A model generated the notes under the pieces. It saw only the letters and a list, made by a program, of their open reading frames with translations. It was not told the origin of the DNA and ran no database searches. A stretch of DNA of 64,000 nt, from NCBI RefSeq assembly GCF_001194135.2, contig NC_068988.1, positions 86,030,874-86,094,873 of the forward strand. The letters are read 5' to 3'. Shown here piece after piece: positions 12,475 to 25,255 of the stretch; within the stretch, counting starts at the first letter, position 1, and each line of letters opens with the position of its first letter. The DNA is from Octopus bimaculoides (lineage: Eukaryota). The position numbers and the translations under genes were made by a program.

Positions 12475-12790
12475 CAAAGACCTGGAAATAGAGGTAACGC
12501 GAATGTGGAATCTAAAAACAGAAACAATTCCTATTATAGTAGGTGCTTTAGGTATAATAAAAAAAATATTCAGACAAATACATAACAAAAACACCAGGAC
12601 TTACAAATATATATAACATACAGAAAATTACACTACTGGGTACTGCACACATCCTACGCAAAACACTTTCAATACAGTAACCATAAAAGCATCACAGCAA
12701 ACCACAGCACATACCCAAGGCGCTCGGTAATGAAGTGAAAGCACGATATAAAAATAAAACTACTGAACAATAATAATAATAATAATAATA
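12475..12790 (+). mobile_element. 3' end of a second, divergent R4/Dong-type element with (AAT)n tail
   Basis: KDLEIEVTRMWNLKTETIPIIVGALG...IQKITLLGTAHILRKTLS*, then a short 3' UTR and (AAT)n. The 5' part lies in the N-gap. Confidence 0.85.
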
Positions 12791-13877
12791 GGACCTGGAA
12801 AGAAGGGATAGCTGGAGGAAAGGAAAGGAAAGCTGGTCCCGATCTAAAAACATGTAAAATGCAATATGAAAACATCTTTTGGTGAAAATACTACCATAAA
12901 ATAAAAATTGAAAGTAGTTGCATGACGGCATAGCTGGTGTATCCAGGAGACGTGGAATGCTTTTTGTCCCGTGTGGAGAATGTTGACGAACATCTTTCAG
13001 TACAGACAGACTTCGGTATGAGCAGTTGCAAGTGCGCAGAGACGTGGAGTGCCCTAGCTTGATCTAACAAATGGGTTCTCACACTTTGTATGGTTACAAA
13101 ACCCTAAATATGTGTACTCCTTACATATTTTATTCCTAATGTGTGTATTCTTTTGTAATTATTTATTTTATGTTCTCATATGTAGCACCAATTTTTGAAA
13201 TGCCTCCTTTGTACAACGGCCCTGATACCTCCTTTTTCTATCACTCTTTTGTCCTACCGCACACGTTTACGTAAATCCCGTTTTAATACGTCATATTTTG
13301 TATGCATGAATAATTATGTATCTAATTTCCCTTCGTGATTACAAAAAAAGAAAGTATTGAATTGACAGAATAGTTAGAGCGTAGTACAGTATTCAATTGC
13401 TGCTCTTTACGTTCCGAATTCCAATCCCACAGAAGTTGATTTTACCTTTCATTCTTCTGTGGTTGATAAGATTATTATCAAATTCTGGATCTATTTAATC
13501 GATTAACCCTTTCCGCTGAAATTTCTGGCCTTCTGTCTGAGTTAAAAAGCAATATATTATGTTTTCATAGTTTTTGTTGCTTTATTTTATACGAACTATC
13601 CCATATCTCACTCAGAAACCTCAAGTAATAGCAAGTTAGACGTTTTACTTTGACTATTATTTATGGGTAGCAACGATATATTTCAAGGAAAGGACACCAA
13701 ATACTGACAAGATTCCTTTAAAAGTTTATTGTAACGTTTGCAATTTTAAAAGATTTTAAGACTCAAACATTGTTTTTGTTTTTGTTTTTGTTTATTGTTA
13801 AAATGTGGGTTGTACCCATGGAAACAATTTTTTGTAGTTTTGATACTTTTTGGATTTCTTGGTATTTCATCACAGTA

Positions 13878-14945
13878 CAGGGTGTTAGGTCTAAATTTGA
13901 AGTTCGTTTAAATAAAAGAAAACAATATCCCATCCAAAAGTAAAAGTGAAAAATCAAAACAAATCAACTCGATTATGGCTTGAAGATAAGTCCTCTCAAA
14001 GTAGCCGCCCTCAGTTTCCATCACAGCTGCGATGTGGCTCTGGAACCTAGCAACTGCTTCCCTCATGTGTCCCTGGGAAGATCTTCGAACACCTCCTTGA
14101 TCCTGGCCACCAGTTCAGCTTTGCTGTTGCTGGCAGCGCGGTTGGTGTCTTTCTCAAGCGCGCCCCACACGCAGTAATCCATAGGATTACAATCCAATGA
14201 ATTAGGAGGCTAGAAATTAGATTTGGTTTAAGTCGTATAATTTTCCAACGACCACTTCTACCTCTTTCCGTTGTGGTAAGTAACCGAATACCACAACCAC
14301 AAATATGGTCTTCCAGCAGCAACCCTCTCCAGCCAGGAATTGACAAGAGTCTCCAGCAGCTTCACGTAGCCACCTGAGTTGAACCTGAGGCCCTATTCAA
14401 AGATGTGGGGCGATATGATGTCATCTTTACTGGAAACACCCAAAGGCCATAACAGTTTGGGTGAACTTGGTGTTTAAAATACGTGGAACATTACATGGAT
14501 TCTAGGCAAGTCACTTGTTCTGGGTGTTGCGACACAGGTCCTGGCAGACTTTCTTTTCATCTGAGAAGAACCAAACCATCCCCGGACCAACAGGATGTCT
14601 CAGCTTGTTCAGGAGCTTCCTTACCTTTGTCAAGCGGTTTTCCTTGGCCTTGGCCGTCAGAATTTTCCCTTGTTCCTCTTGTACGAGTGCTAACGAGGGA
14701 CTTCATTCTTGGTTAGCTTCATGGTGGCGAATCCAACACCATCTCTCTTGTCAAAGCCTGGGTTCCCTTGCTCAGATCTTCCATCACCTCGTCCTGCAAT
14801 TGATGGATAAATTCCGGCGTGTGGACTCAGTCAGAACGCTTGTTGTATCCCTCCTTGCTGGCTACGACCTCGTAGTCTATGTTGCTGGGCAACATTCACA
14901 GAGTATTGAGCAGTAGTCTTGGTGCCCGCAATTTGATACCCAGTG
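13878..14945 (-). mobile_element. Degenerate Tc1/mariner transposon, maT (DD37D)-like
   Basis: VWFFSDEK and PPNSLDCNPMDYCVWGALEKDTN on the minus strand; TA|CAGGGTG terminus at 13876-13884. The other TIR was not found. Confidence 0.85.
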
Positions 14946-15055
14946 CGAGTCAGCCTGGTACAGGTAACTCTTTGTCAACATTCAGATGGCTTCCAGTCTT
15001 TCATGTTATCTAAATTTTTTGCGGCTACGACTTTAATCCTTATGCTTTCTAACGA

Positions 15056-15451
15056 CTTGTTTCAGTCATTAGACTGCGGCCATGCTAGGGCACCAACTTG
15101 GAATTTTAGTCGAATGAATCGACCCCAGTACTTATTTTTTAAGCTTGGTACTTATTCTATCGGTCTCTTAGACCACACCGCTAAGTTACAGAGACGCAAA
15201 CACACTAACACCGGTTGTCAAGCGGTAGTGGAAGGTACAAACACCAAGACAAACACACATAGAAATATATATATATATACATATATACACACACACGACA
15301 GGCTCTTTCAGTTTCCGTCTACTAAATCCACTTACAAAGATTTATAAAGCTACAGTGGAAGACACTTGCACAAGACGCCACGCAGTAGGATTGAACCCGG
15401 AACCATGTGGTTGGGAAGCAAACTTCTTACCACACGGCCACGCCTGTGCCT
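15056..15451 (-). mobile_element. SINE family A, full-length copy
   Basis: Reverse complement of the family A layout. Confidence 0.85.
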
Positions 15452-15787
15452 GAATATAAACTCAGCAGAATAAAGCTGGTCTGCGATGCAGAAAAAATGT
15501 TGTGATCTACTATTAAAACCTGTTATCTTCCATCCTCATGTTATATATATATATATTATTTATATTATTATTTGATTGAATGCCACGCATCCATTTCCAA
15601 GAAAGTTTATCTTAATCTTTTTGATGTGACACTAGTCTATACTGCTTTCTCCCCCTATCGCTTTCTCTCTCATCCTTTCTCTAATTCCCATTTTTTCTCC
15701 CCTTCACCGTTTTCTATCTGTCTCTGTCTGTCTCTCTCTCTCCCTCTTTCTCCTTTACTCTCTCTCTCTCTCACTCTTTCTCCTTTA

Positions 15788-15822
<35 letters not shown>

Positions 15823-16970
15823 GTTGCTCACACGTGACCATCGTCCATCTTTCATTCCTCACGTGATTATCTTTCTTTTCTTTCAGGACTGTCCTTAAGA
15901 CTGGACGTAACCTATCGCTCTCTTCTATCTTTTCTCTTGTTAAAGAAAATGTTTCTCCAGCGTTCGCTATTTTACCCTCCTTCTGGTCTAATGACCCTCC
16001 ATATTTGTTTTCGTTCGGTTTCCTTGTATGTCTCCACTGTCCTGTTTTTGTTCCCGACGTTGACCCTCCATAAATCCCAAATTTTATTTTGATATTTATG
16101 GGAGCAACTGCCTTCGAAGTCTCATACTGTCGTTGAATGCTCGAAATGAGGAGTAGATAGACAGCCGACAACTAATGAAGGATCATTCTTTATGTTACTT
16201 GTCCTGTTTTCCATTTGTTTCTCTCGTTGTTCGCATATTGAACTCATTTGTTTTCGTATTTCATGTTGTTTACTGTTGCTGACGTCCTGTACACATATAT
16301 GCATATGTATGTATGCATGTATATATATNNNNNNNNNNNNNNNNNNNNNNNNNNNNNNNNNNNNNNNNNNNNNNNNNNNNNNNNNNNNNNNNNNNNNNNN
16401 NNNNNNNNNNNNNNNNNNNNNNNNNNNNNNNNNNNNNNNNNNNNNNNNNNNNNNNNNNNNNNNNNNNNNNNNNNNNNNNNNNNNNNNNNNNNNNNNNNNN
16501 NNNNNNNNNNNNNNNNNNNNNNNNNNNNNNNNNNNNNNNNNNNNNNNNNNNNNNNNNNNNNNNNNNNNNNNNNNNNNNNNNNNNNNNNNNNNNNNNNNNN
16601 NNNNNNNNNNNNNNNNNNNNNNNNNNNNNNNNNNNNNNNNNNNNNNNNNNNNNNNNNNNNNNNNNNNNNNNNNNNNNNNNNNNNNNNNNNNNNNNNNNNN
16701 NNNNNNNNNNNNNNNNNNNNNNNNNNNNNNNNNNNNNNNNNNNNNNNNNNNNNNNNNNNNNNNNNNNNNNNNNNNNNNNNNNNNNNNNNNNNNNNNNNNN
16801 NNNNNNNNNNNNNNNNNNNNNNNNNNNNNNNNNNNNNNNNNNNNNNNNNNNNNNNNNNNNNNNNNNNNNNNNNNNNNNNNNNNNNNNNNNNNNNNNNNNN
16901 NNNNNNNNNNNNNNNNNNNNNNNNNNNNNNCAAAAGACTGAAACAAATAAAAGAGTAAAAGAGTAAAAGA

Positions 16971-17031
<61 letters not shown>

Positions 17032-18046
17032 GGCTGTGTGGTAAGAAGCCTGGTTCTGAGTTCTGTGCTACTGCATGGCACCTTGGGCAAATGTCTTCTA
17101 TTATAGCTTCGGGCAGACCAAAACGCTTTGAGTGATTTGGTAGACGGAAACTCAAAAAAGCCCGTCGAATAAAAGAATATATATACGTATATATATATAT
17201 ACATGTGTGGGTGTGGGTGTATACATACGTACACACACGCACACACACACACACACACGTATATATAGACGTTTGGGGCAGTCGGCTGTGGCCATGCTGA
17301 GTCATTGCCAGTGAAAAAGTGGCCAGCAAGTCGCTACCGAAAAATTTAAACCCGTACATCTCAAATTCCGGCTAAGTGCTCTGTACCATTAAACTAAGTG
17401 ACACCTACACGCATGCATTGTATGCACTATTGAATTTGTCTGTGTGTGTGTGTGTGTGTGTTCTTTCATTCTTTTAGTTGTATTACTCATTTGATAGCGA
17501 CCACGCGGGAGCACCCCTTAAAGTGTTTTAGTCGAAGGAATCGACCCCAGGATTTATTCTTTGTAAGCCTATACATATGTATACACGCATGTATAACTGA
17601 ATGCCCGTGTACATATAGTAGTGTGCGTGTGCTTATATATCAACGTCAAGCATATGACATATGCCTTCCTCTTTTTCTCTCTTACCTTACCATACCTATT
17701 TATTAAAATGAATGATTTTTGTTTTACCTGTCACTCAATGTGAAAAGCTATGGCAGCAGGAACAAACAACACTACCACCATCACTAACCAGTCAACCAGT
17801 CAACTAACCAGCCACCGACGAACCGACCGACCGACCGACTGAGCAGCCAACCACCCAACCAACTAACCAACTAACTGCCGTAGACATAACGTCATCGACA
17901 GTGTCAAAGTCAGGTCTTCGAAGGCAATATAGCTTTGTTCAAGGACTTGTCCCCATTCCCAGGTATACCATAACCGCAATGGTTAAATTTATTGCCACCT
18001 GACAATATTTAAAACTAATAACGACACGCTATGCATGCTATATTAG

Positions 18047-18115
<69 letters not shown>

Positions 18116-18535
18116 AACACACACATATACACACACACGAGCGCACACACGCACGCACACATGCACGCACACACACACACACACACGCACACACACACAC
18201 ACGCACACACACACAGAGTAATTCTGTCTGAATAAGTTATGCGTGTGTGTGTGTGTGTGAGAAGGTTGTTGATATCCTGACTCTTCAGAACTGTATTTAC
18301 GAGAGAGAGTCCGTCTGCCTGAGAATATGAATATTAATAATTCTTTTCCTTAAAGATGGGCGCTGACGTGGCTGTGTGGTTAAGAAGCTTGTTTTCCAGC
18401 GACGTGGTCTTAGGTTCAGTCCCACTGAGCAGTACTTAGGTCTGTATTCTTCTTCTACAGCTCCGTGATGACCTAAGCCTTATCAGTAAATTCGGATTCG
18501 GTGCACGGAAACTAAAATAAACCTGCTGAGCATAT

Positions 18536-18650
18536 ATTTATATATATTAAGATGACAATATGCGTGTGCGTGTGTGTGTGTCAGTGTGAAACCCTAAAAC
18601 TCGAGAACTACGCAACCGATTTCATTCAAATTTTACACATGCCTTACTTA
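18536..18650 (+). mobile_element. Possible non-autonomous Helitron 5' fragment
   Basis: TATATATTAAG, then (GT)n, then AACTCGAGAACTACGCAACCGATTTCATTCAAATTTTACAC, a layout typical of invertebrate Helitron-N elements. No 3' end was seen. Confidence 0.4.
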
Positions 18651-19057
18651 GAGCCCAGAGCAATCTGTTATCTCTTACACTAATGTGAGATACTTTCAGT
18701 TAATAGTTTTACTAGTAATACTGAAACTATTAAAGGGTGTAGTGGCGCGAAATTATACCCAGCATCATCATAAATAATGTCTCATCATATATAATGCTGT
18801 TAAAAGGTGATAGAGAGAGACTAAAGTCTCTATCACTACTATCATACCTATTTATAAGGGAAACTATTATCTCTCATACATACATACATACATATAGTTG
18901 GAATTTACCAAAAAAAAAACAACGGCAACAAAAGACGAAGACAAGTGTGTAACCAACAAACAGGTATATTAGTTTAACAGGTGAGAAAGTCTTTTATGCT
19001 TCGAGCCTACGCTCTTCAACAGAACGGAACACGGGAATATATCTATCTATCTATCTG

Positions 19058-19105
<48 letters not shown>

Positions 19106-19252
19106 CATCTGCGCATATGTATATATATAGATGTATATTTATAGATGTATAGTATACATGCATATGTATAGATGTATATGTATATGAATATATATACACA
19201 ATAATATATATAGATTTATATGTCTATATATGTATGTATATATATGTATATA

Positions 19253-19307
<55 letters not shown>

Positions 19308-20320
19308 NNNNNNNNNNNNNNNNNNNNNNNNNNNNNNNNNNNNNNNNNNNNNNNNNNNNNNNNNNNNNNNNNNNNNNNNNNNNNNNNNNNNNNNNNNNNN
19401 NNNNNNNNNNNNNNNNNNNNNNNNNNNNNNNNNNNNNNNNNNNNNNNNNNNNNNNNNNNNNNNNNNNNNNNNNNNNNNNNNNNNNNNNNNNNNNNNNNNN
19501 NNNNNNNNNNNNNNNNNNNNNNNNNNNNNNNNNNNNNNNNNNNNNNNNNNNNNNNNNNNNNNNNNNNNNNNNNNNNNNNNNNNNNNNNNNNNNNNNNNNN
19601 NNNNNNNNNNNNNNNNNNNNNNNNNNNNNNNNNNNNNNNNNNNNNNNNNNNNNNNNNNNNGGCTTTCTCTTCATTCTCACCTTTCCTCCTCTTTCACTTC
19701 ACTCTGTCCGTTTTCTTCTTTTCTCATCCCTCCCTAATTCTTCTATCCCTCTGCCTCTACCTCTCTCTCTCTCTTCTCTCTCCACGTGACCGGTATTCGG
19801 ATAAGCCTGACCTTTATTTCTTGGTTCGACTACCATCCGTGCAACATCTATATTCCTCCCTATGCCTGTCATTTTTTATGTCCCTGTCGTAAGGCTTCAC
19901 TTCCACACACGCCAGCCTAATTTAATTCGTCCTTAGTCGAATGACACCTGTTGTTAATGTCCTTATTTTGATTTGTATTTGTGTACCCTTTCTTCATTTT
20001 TTCGTCCTTGTTTCCGTATACATTCGCTGCTTTCTTCTAAGGAATCTAGTGCTCTTAGCTTAGTTTTTCCTTGGGGCTGGCCAGATTGGAGCAATCTCCA
20101 GTATAACCAGCCGAGATTGCAAAGATAACCTGGAACTCGACTGAAGAAAGAAAACTTCAAATTACCTGTCCATGTCTTTTTTGTATCGTCTGTCTGGATG
20201 TTTTGCGTTCTTGTCCCATTTTTGGTATTCTTATATATATATATATATATGTATATGTAAATATATAAAACCAAAAAGATAAAGAGAGCGAAGGTAAGGT
20301 TGAAGAATTTTATGGATAGA

Positions 20321-20369
20321 GTCTTACAGCTGTTTGTGGGAAGATCCAGTACTTCCCTTCATCGGAGAC
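20321..20369 (-). ncRNA. Decayed minimal type I hammerhead ribozyme (PLE-type)
   Basis: Minus strand reads GTCT-CCGATGA-A-GGGAAG...CTTCCC-A-CAAAC-AGCT-GTA-AGAC. Stems I, II and palindromic III pair; two core substitutions (U4C, G12C). Confidence 0.7.
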
Positions 20370-22059
20370 AGAAAAAATAAAGTAATCTATTATTATATCC
20401 ATAGGCCGATAGTTTTAGTATGAAGTGGTAAAGAGTGTGATGTGCTGAAAAAAGATATGATACTACTAACTACCTTTCCCACCCATCTCTCTCCTTTATC
20501 TCTGTCCTTCGTTTATCACTCATACCCCCACCACCTATATACTACACATACGCATTCCATTCCTACTCACTCGACCTTTTAACCTCATCCCCCTATTCCT
20601 CCTTCACTCTATATGCTCTTCCCCTCTACCCTGTTAAGACCAACTGACCATAAATATATCGCTACCATCCTCCGCCTCTATATCTTCTCTATCCCCTTCC
20701 ACATTCTATCGTCTTGACTTGACCGAATTACCGCTAACTTTTCACTTGGCTTGGACATCCTTCAAGTAAACAAGCAAAAATCTATTGCAAGATGGAATAT
20801 ATATACCTCTGCCACCTAAGCTATATCAACTTTCGTTCCAACATAAATTTCCGGATTATTCACACAAGGATTAANNNNNNNNNNNNNNNNNNNNNNNNNN
20901 NNNNNNNNNNNNNNNNNNNNNNNNNNNNNNNNNNNNNNNNNNNNNNNNNNNNNNNNNNNNNNNNNNNNNNNNNNNNNNNNNNNNNNNNNNNNNNNNNNNN
21001 NNNNNNNNNNNNNNNNNNNNNNNNNNNNNNNNNNNNNNNNNNNNNNNNNNNNNNNNNNNNNNNNNNNNNNNNNNNNNNNNNNNNNNNNNNNNNNNNNNNN
21101 NNNNNNNNNNNNNNNNNNNNNNNNNNNNNNNNNNNNNNNNNNNNNNNNNNNNNNNNNNNNNNNNNNNNNNNNNNNNNNNNNNNNNNNNNNNNNNNNNNNN
21201 NNNNNNNNNNNNNNNNNNNNNNNNNNNNNNNNNNNNNNNNNNNNNNNNNNNNNNNNNNNNNNNNNNNNNNNNNNNNNNNNNNNNNNNNNNNNNNNNNNNN
21301 NNNNNNNNNNNNNNNNNNNNNNNNNNNNNNNNNNNNNNNNNNNNNNNNNNNNNNNNNNNNNNNNNNNNNNNNNNNNNNNNNNNNNNNNNNNNNNNNNNNN
21401 NNNNNNNNNNNNNNNNNNNNNNNNNNNNNNNNNNNNNNNNNNNNNNNNNNNNNNNNNNNNNNNNNNNNNNNNNNNNNNNNNNNNNNNNNNNNNNNNNNNN
21501 NNNNNNNNNNNNNNNNNNNNNNNNNNNNNNNNNNNNNNNNNNNNNNNNNNNNNNNNNNNNNNNNNNNNNNNNNNNNNNNNNNNNNNNNNNNNNNNNNNNN
21601 NNNNNNNNNNNNNNNNNNNNNNNNNNNNNNNNNNNNNNNNNNNNNNNNNNNNNNNNNNNNNNNNNNNNNNNNNNNNNNNNNNNNNNNNNNNNNNNNNNNN
21701 NNNNNNNNNNNNNNNNNNNNNNNNNNNNNNNNNNNNNNNNNNNGCTCGAAGGTTATTTATCTAATTTCAGTGGAATCTATCCACTGGCTTTCAGAAATAG
21801 AGTTATTAATATTTCTAAGTCTCTCTAAAGGAGACTACGGCAGCGGTACTGGAAATTAATAGTTATCGCCAAGCCAACATGGCAGTCCCAAAATTAGGAC
21901 GAAAGCTGCCGTGAATTAGCTCCAAGAAGCCATCGCCTCTAGCTAGCTATGTGACACACGAAACCTGTGTCCTTTATAACCTTCATATATATATATATAT
22001 ATGTATGTACACAGAAAGATAGATTGATAAATATAATTGAGTGGGCAAACAAAAATATG

Positions 22060-22431
22060 AGACATTGCTTTGAAGAATTTTTTGTCGAATGAATCGAGCC
22101 CAGTGCTTTTTTATTATTTTGATAAAGCTGGTACTTATTCTATCGGTCTTTTCTTATCAAAACAATAAGTTATGGGGATGTAAATAAACCAACACCAGTT
22201 GTCAAGCAGTAATGAGGGAGAAACACAGACACAAAGACACACACATACACATACATATATACATATATATACGATGGGTTTCTTTCAGTTTCTGTCTACG
22301 AAATCCACTCACAAGGCTTTGGTTGGTCTCAGGCGATAGCAGAAGACACATGCCAACTTACCACACAGTGGGACTGAACCCAGGACCATGTGGTTTGGAA
22401 CCAAGTTTCTTACCACACAGTCACACATGTA
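22060..22431 (-). mobile_element. SINE family A copy
   Basis: Family A layout in reverse; its head forms one arm of the 22394-22491 foldback. Confidence 0.85.
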
Positions 22432-22491
22432 TATATATATATATATATATACATACATGTGTGACTGTGTGGTAAGAAACTTGGTTCCAAA
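22394..22491. repeat. Perfect 38-bp inverted repeat of a SINE head around a (TA)n spacer
   Basis: 22394-22431 is the exact reverse complement of 22454-22491. Confidence 0.95.
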
Positions 22492-22519
22492 TCAAAAGTA
22501 ACATAATTAATGTCATTTA

Positions 22520-23260
22520 TCGATTAGTTCAAAACCATTTAAACAAGGATAATAAGTATAGCGAAATTATTAATTGTAAATCCATAAGAGCTGTCATTCC
22601 TTGTCAATGAATCTTTTTAGAATCATATCCTCAATTAATAATAGAAAATTAGATATTTTTTATAAAAATCGAATTTCAAATAAAAATGATATTAAGACAA
22701 TTTATAATGATAGAAGGCAAATAACCCATATTGACTCCCTTTCTAACCCAAATAATATGAATAATAATACTATTAATGATGTAAATGAAAATAATGGAAA
22801 TAATAAGCGTAGGAATTGTATACATAATGATGTTAATAAAAATTGTGATTTGAGGATTAAAGAAAATTGTAAACTTAACAATAATTATAAACAAGTTACT
22901 CTGGTATATAGGTGTGTAGTTGAATCTGAAGAGAAGGAATACTATTGCATAGGGTCAACCGAAACTCAATTTGAACGAAGAATTGCGAACCATGAGAGTT
23001 GTTTTAGAAATAAGCATAAAATCAATAATACTAGTCTCAACAAATTTATATGGATGTTAAGAGATAATGGGAAAAATTATAAAATTAAATGGAAGGTTGT
23101 AAACCATGCCAGAGCTTATCAAATTTCAGACAGTAAATGTGAATTATGCACAGAAGAAATTTTTCAAATAATAAAATCTAAACATAGATTGATTAACTCT
23201 AGGAAAGAAAATATTTTAGCTTGTCACGACTCGAAATATGTTTTTAGAAAATTTGATTAA
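22520..23260 (+). mobile_element. Penelope-like element 3' part with GIY-YIG endonuclease (ORF 22601-23260)
   Basis: LVYRC...YCIGST..F.RRIANH..CFR...NTSL.K.IW.L....Y.IKW...A..Y.....C.LC.EE, with an upstream LVQNHLNKDNKYSEIIN linker typical of PLE ORFs. Confidence 0.85.
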
Positions 23261-23696
23261 TAAATAAATAATAAATAACAAAACTGAACATTACAAATTG
23301 ATTAACTCGGGAAGAGCGAATATTTTAACTTGTTGGAATTAATCTAAATGTATCTTAAAAACTTTTTAAAAATTTAATAAATAAAAATAAAAATAAACAT
23401 TAACGATATAAAGTATAATATAATAAGTATAACTTAATTAACAAATCAAACATAGGATAAAAATAATATAAATATAAATAATATATACTATATATTATAC
23501 AATATAATACTTAAATACCAATTTAATAATAATAATGAGTATTGATCTATATTAATTAATCAGATAATATAATACATCTTATTTTAGATGAAAATATAAA
23601 TCTATCGATAACACTAATCTTGATGACGTAATACACTTAATGTATCTACGTACTAATCTTAAATGCGTGTAACGTAAGCCCGCATTCATATGTGTC

Positions 23697-23744
<48 letters not shown>

Positions 23745-23747
<3 letters not shown>

Positions 23748-24017
23748 GTCACTAAAGTGATAAAGGGCACTAATCAGCACCAGTATTGCTAGAAATAAGT
23801 ATCAAAACCATTCAGTAGTCAGAGAAATCTCTATCCTAATGACTGAGAAGGGAGGTAATCTCCCTTATAGCAGCGGACAGCCGATGTCCGCTGTTGTAGG
23901 GAACTTGCCTCCCTTGTCAGTCATTAAGATAGTGATTTCGTGACTATTGAGTTGTTTTGACTCTTAATTTTAGCAATACTGGTGCTAATTAGTGCCCTTT
24001 ATCACATTAGTGATGTC
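23745..24017. mobile_element. Foldback MITE (273 bp, fully palindromic), TA/TATA flanked
   Basis: Arms of about 134 bp are reverse-complementary with scattered mismatches around a 5-nt loop (GCGGACA-GCCGA-TGTCCGC); it sits at the end of a (TA)n run. Confidence 0.85.
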
Positions 24018-24150
24018 TATATTTCTGCCTTTAGGTTGCAAAACTGCGAATAAGTCACCTATATTACTTATATAGATAATGAATACATAAGGTGGTGCCC
24101 CAGCATGGCCGCAGTCTAATGGCTGAAACAAGTAAAAGATAAAAGTTGTA

Positions 24151-24800
24151 GGATCTATTTCAAAACGGGGGCACCAGTATTTTCTTAACGAAACACTAAC
24201 GAAACACTTTCAAACTTGGGACACTGGTAGAATGTGTCATATAAAACATCCTTTACTCTTAGTCTTCTTAACAAAAAGATGTACATCGCAAGTTATTCCA
24301 TGTTAAAGTTGTCGTATTTCTGTAATTTCAACCAACCACTGACGTCTATTCAGCTGAATAGAGTTACTGCTGGGCGGTCATAAAAATGTTATTCCCTGTG
24401 ACATATTTCATCCGGTTTAATCGTAATTTATACGCATATATTGTTTATATAATAAATTACGCTGTGCGTATCTATGTGTGTAACAATTTTAGAGTTCGGA
24501 TTCTAGAGTTAGGGTTAGTTTTAGGATTAGGGCTAGGGTTAACAGTCTAGTTAGGGTTAGGGGGTTAATACGATATACAGCGTTACAGCGCTAACTGTTT
24601 TCAACTGAATAGACGTCAGTGATTAGTAGAAATTATTGAAATAAGACAATTTTTTTACATGAAATAAATTCGAATACAAAAATTTTTTTCTGTTCTATAA
24701 CACAAAATAGATAAGTATACGAAGTTTGAAAGTCTTTCGGTACCAAAAACACTACATAAAACATAAATGAAAACTGGCGCCCCCGTTTTGAAATAGATCC
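24151..24800. mobile_element. Merlin-type MITE (650 bp) containing TTAGGG repeats
   Basis: TIR GGATCTATTTCAAAACGGGGGC(A/G)CCAGT; perfect 8-bp TSD AAGTTGTA (24143-50 and 24801-08); GG..CC termini; long imperfect subterminal inverted arms. Confidence 0.85.
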
Positions 24801-24939
24801 AAGTTGTATATAATGTTTGGATGTATTTTGCTTACAACAGTCGTTGAAGTTATTTGGGATGTAAACGATGAGTATACAGAGGAAGTAATAACAACAAGCA
24901 GCAGATGGATGTGCTAAAAAAACAAATGTGACAGTAAAT

Positions 24940-25255
24940 AATGGCACTCCGTCGGTTGCGACGACGAAGGTTCCAGTTGATCGATCCAATCAATGGAATA
25001 ACTTGCTCGTGAAATTAACGTGCATGTGGCTGAGCGGCCCACAGACACGTGTACCCTTAACGTAGTCCTCAAGGAGGTGACAAGGCTGGCCCCTTTGAAA
25101 TACAGATACTACTCATTTTTGCCAGCTGAGTGGACTGGAGCAATGTGCAATAAACTGTCTTGCTCAAGGACACAATGCGTCACCGGGAATTGAACTCATA
25201 ACCTTATGATCATGAGCCGTATGCCCTAACCATTAAGCCACGCGCCTTCACAGTA
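24940..25255 (-). mobile_element. SINE family C (tRNA head; 3' end shared with 63400-63782)
   Basis: A/B-box-like head on the minus strand and a shared TGGCACTCCGTCG tail. Confidence 0.8.

Noticed and set aside
12930-13350. Possible L1/Tx1 3' end (CPxCG...HL, AT-rich UTR, A-tail)
   Set aside because: It needs several frameshifts and the similarity is too weak without a search.
18989-19026. Minus-strand CTGTTGA-A-GAGC-GTAG-GCTC-GAAGC-ATA hammerhead-like string
   Set aside because: The stem II hairpin is good, but A6 and A15.1 are substituted and stem I is weak. Probably a PLE-end remnant, not supportable as a ribozyme.
20146-20180. CTGAAGA-AAG-AAAA-CTT-CAAA...GTC
   Set aside because: GAAA is absent and stem I does not pair.
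23585-23660. TAGATGA...CGATAAC and TTGATGACG motifs after the PLE ORF
   Set aside because: Too decayed to call hammerheads.
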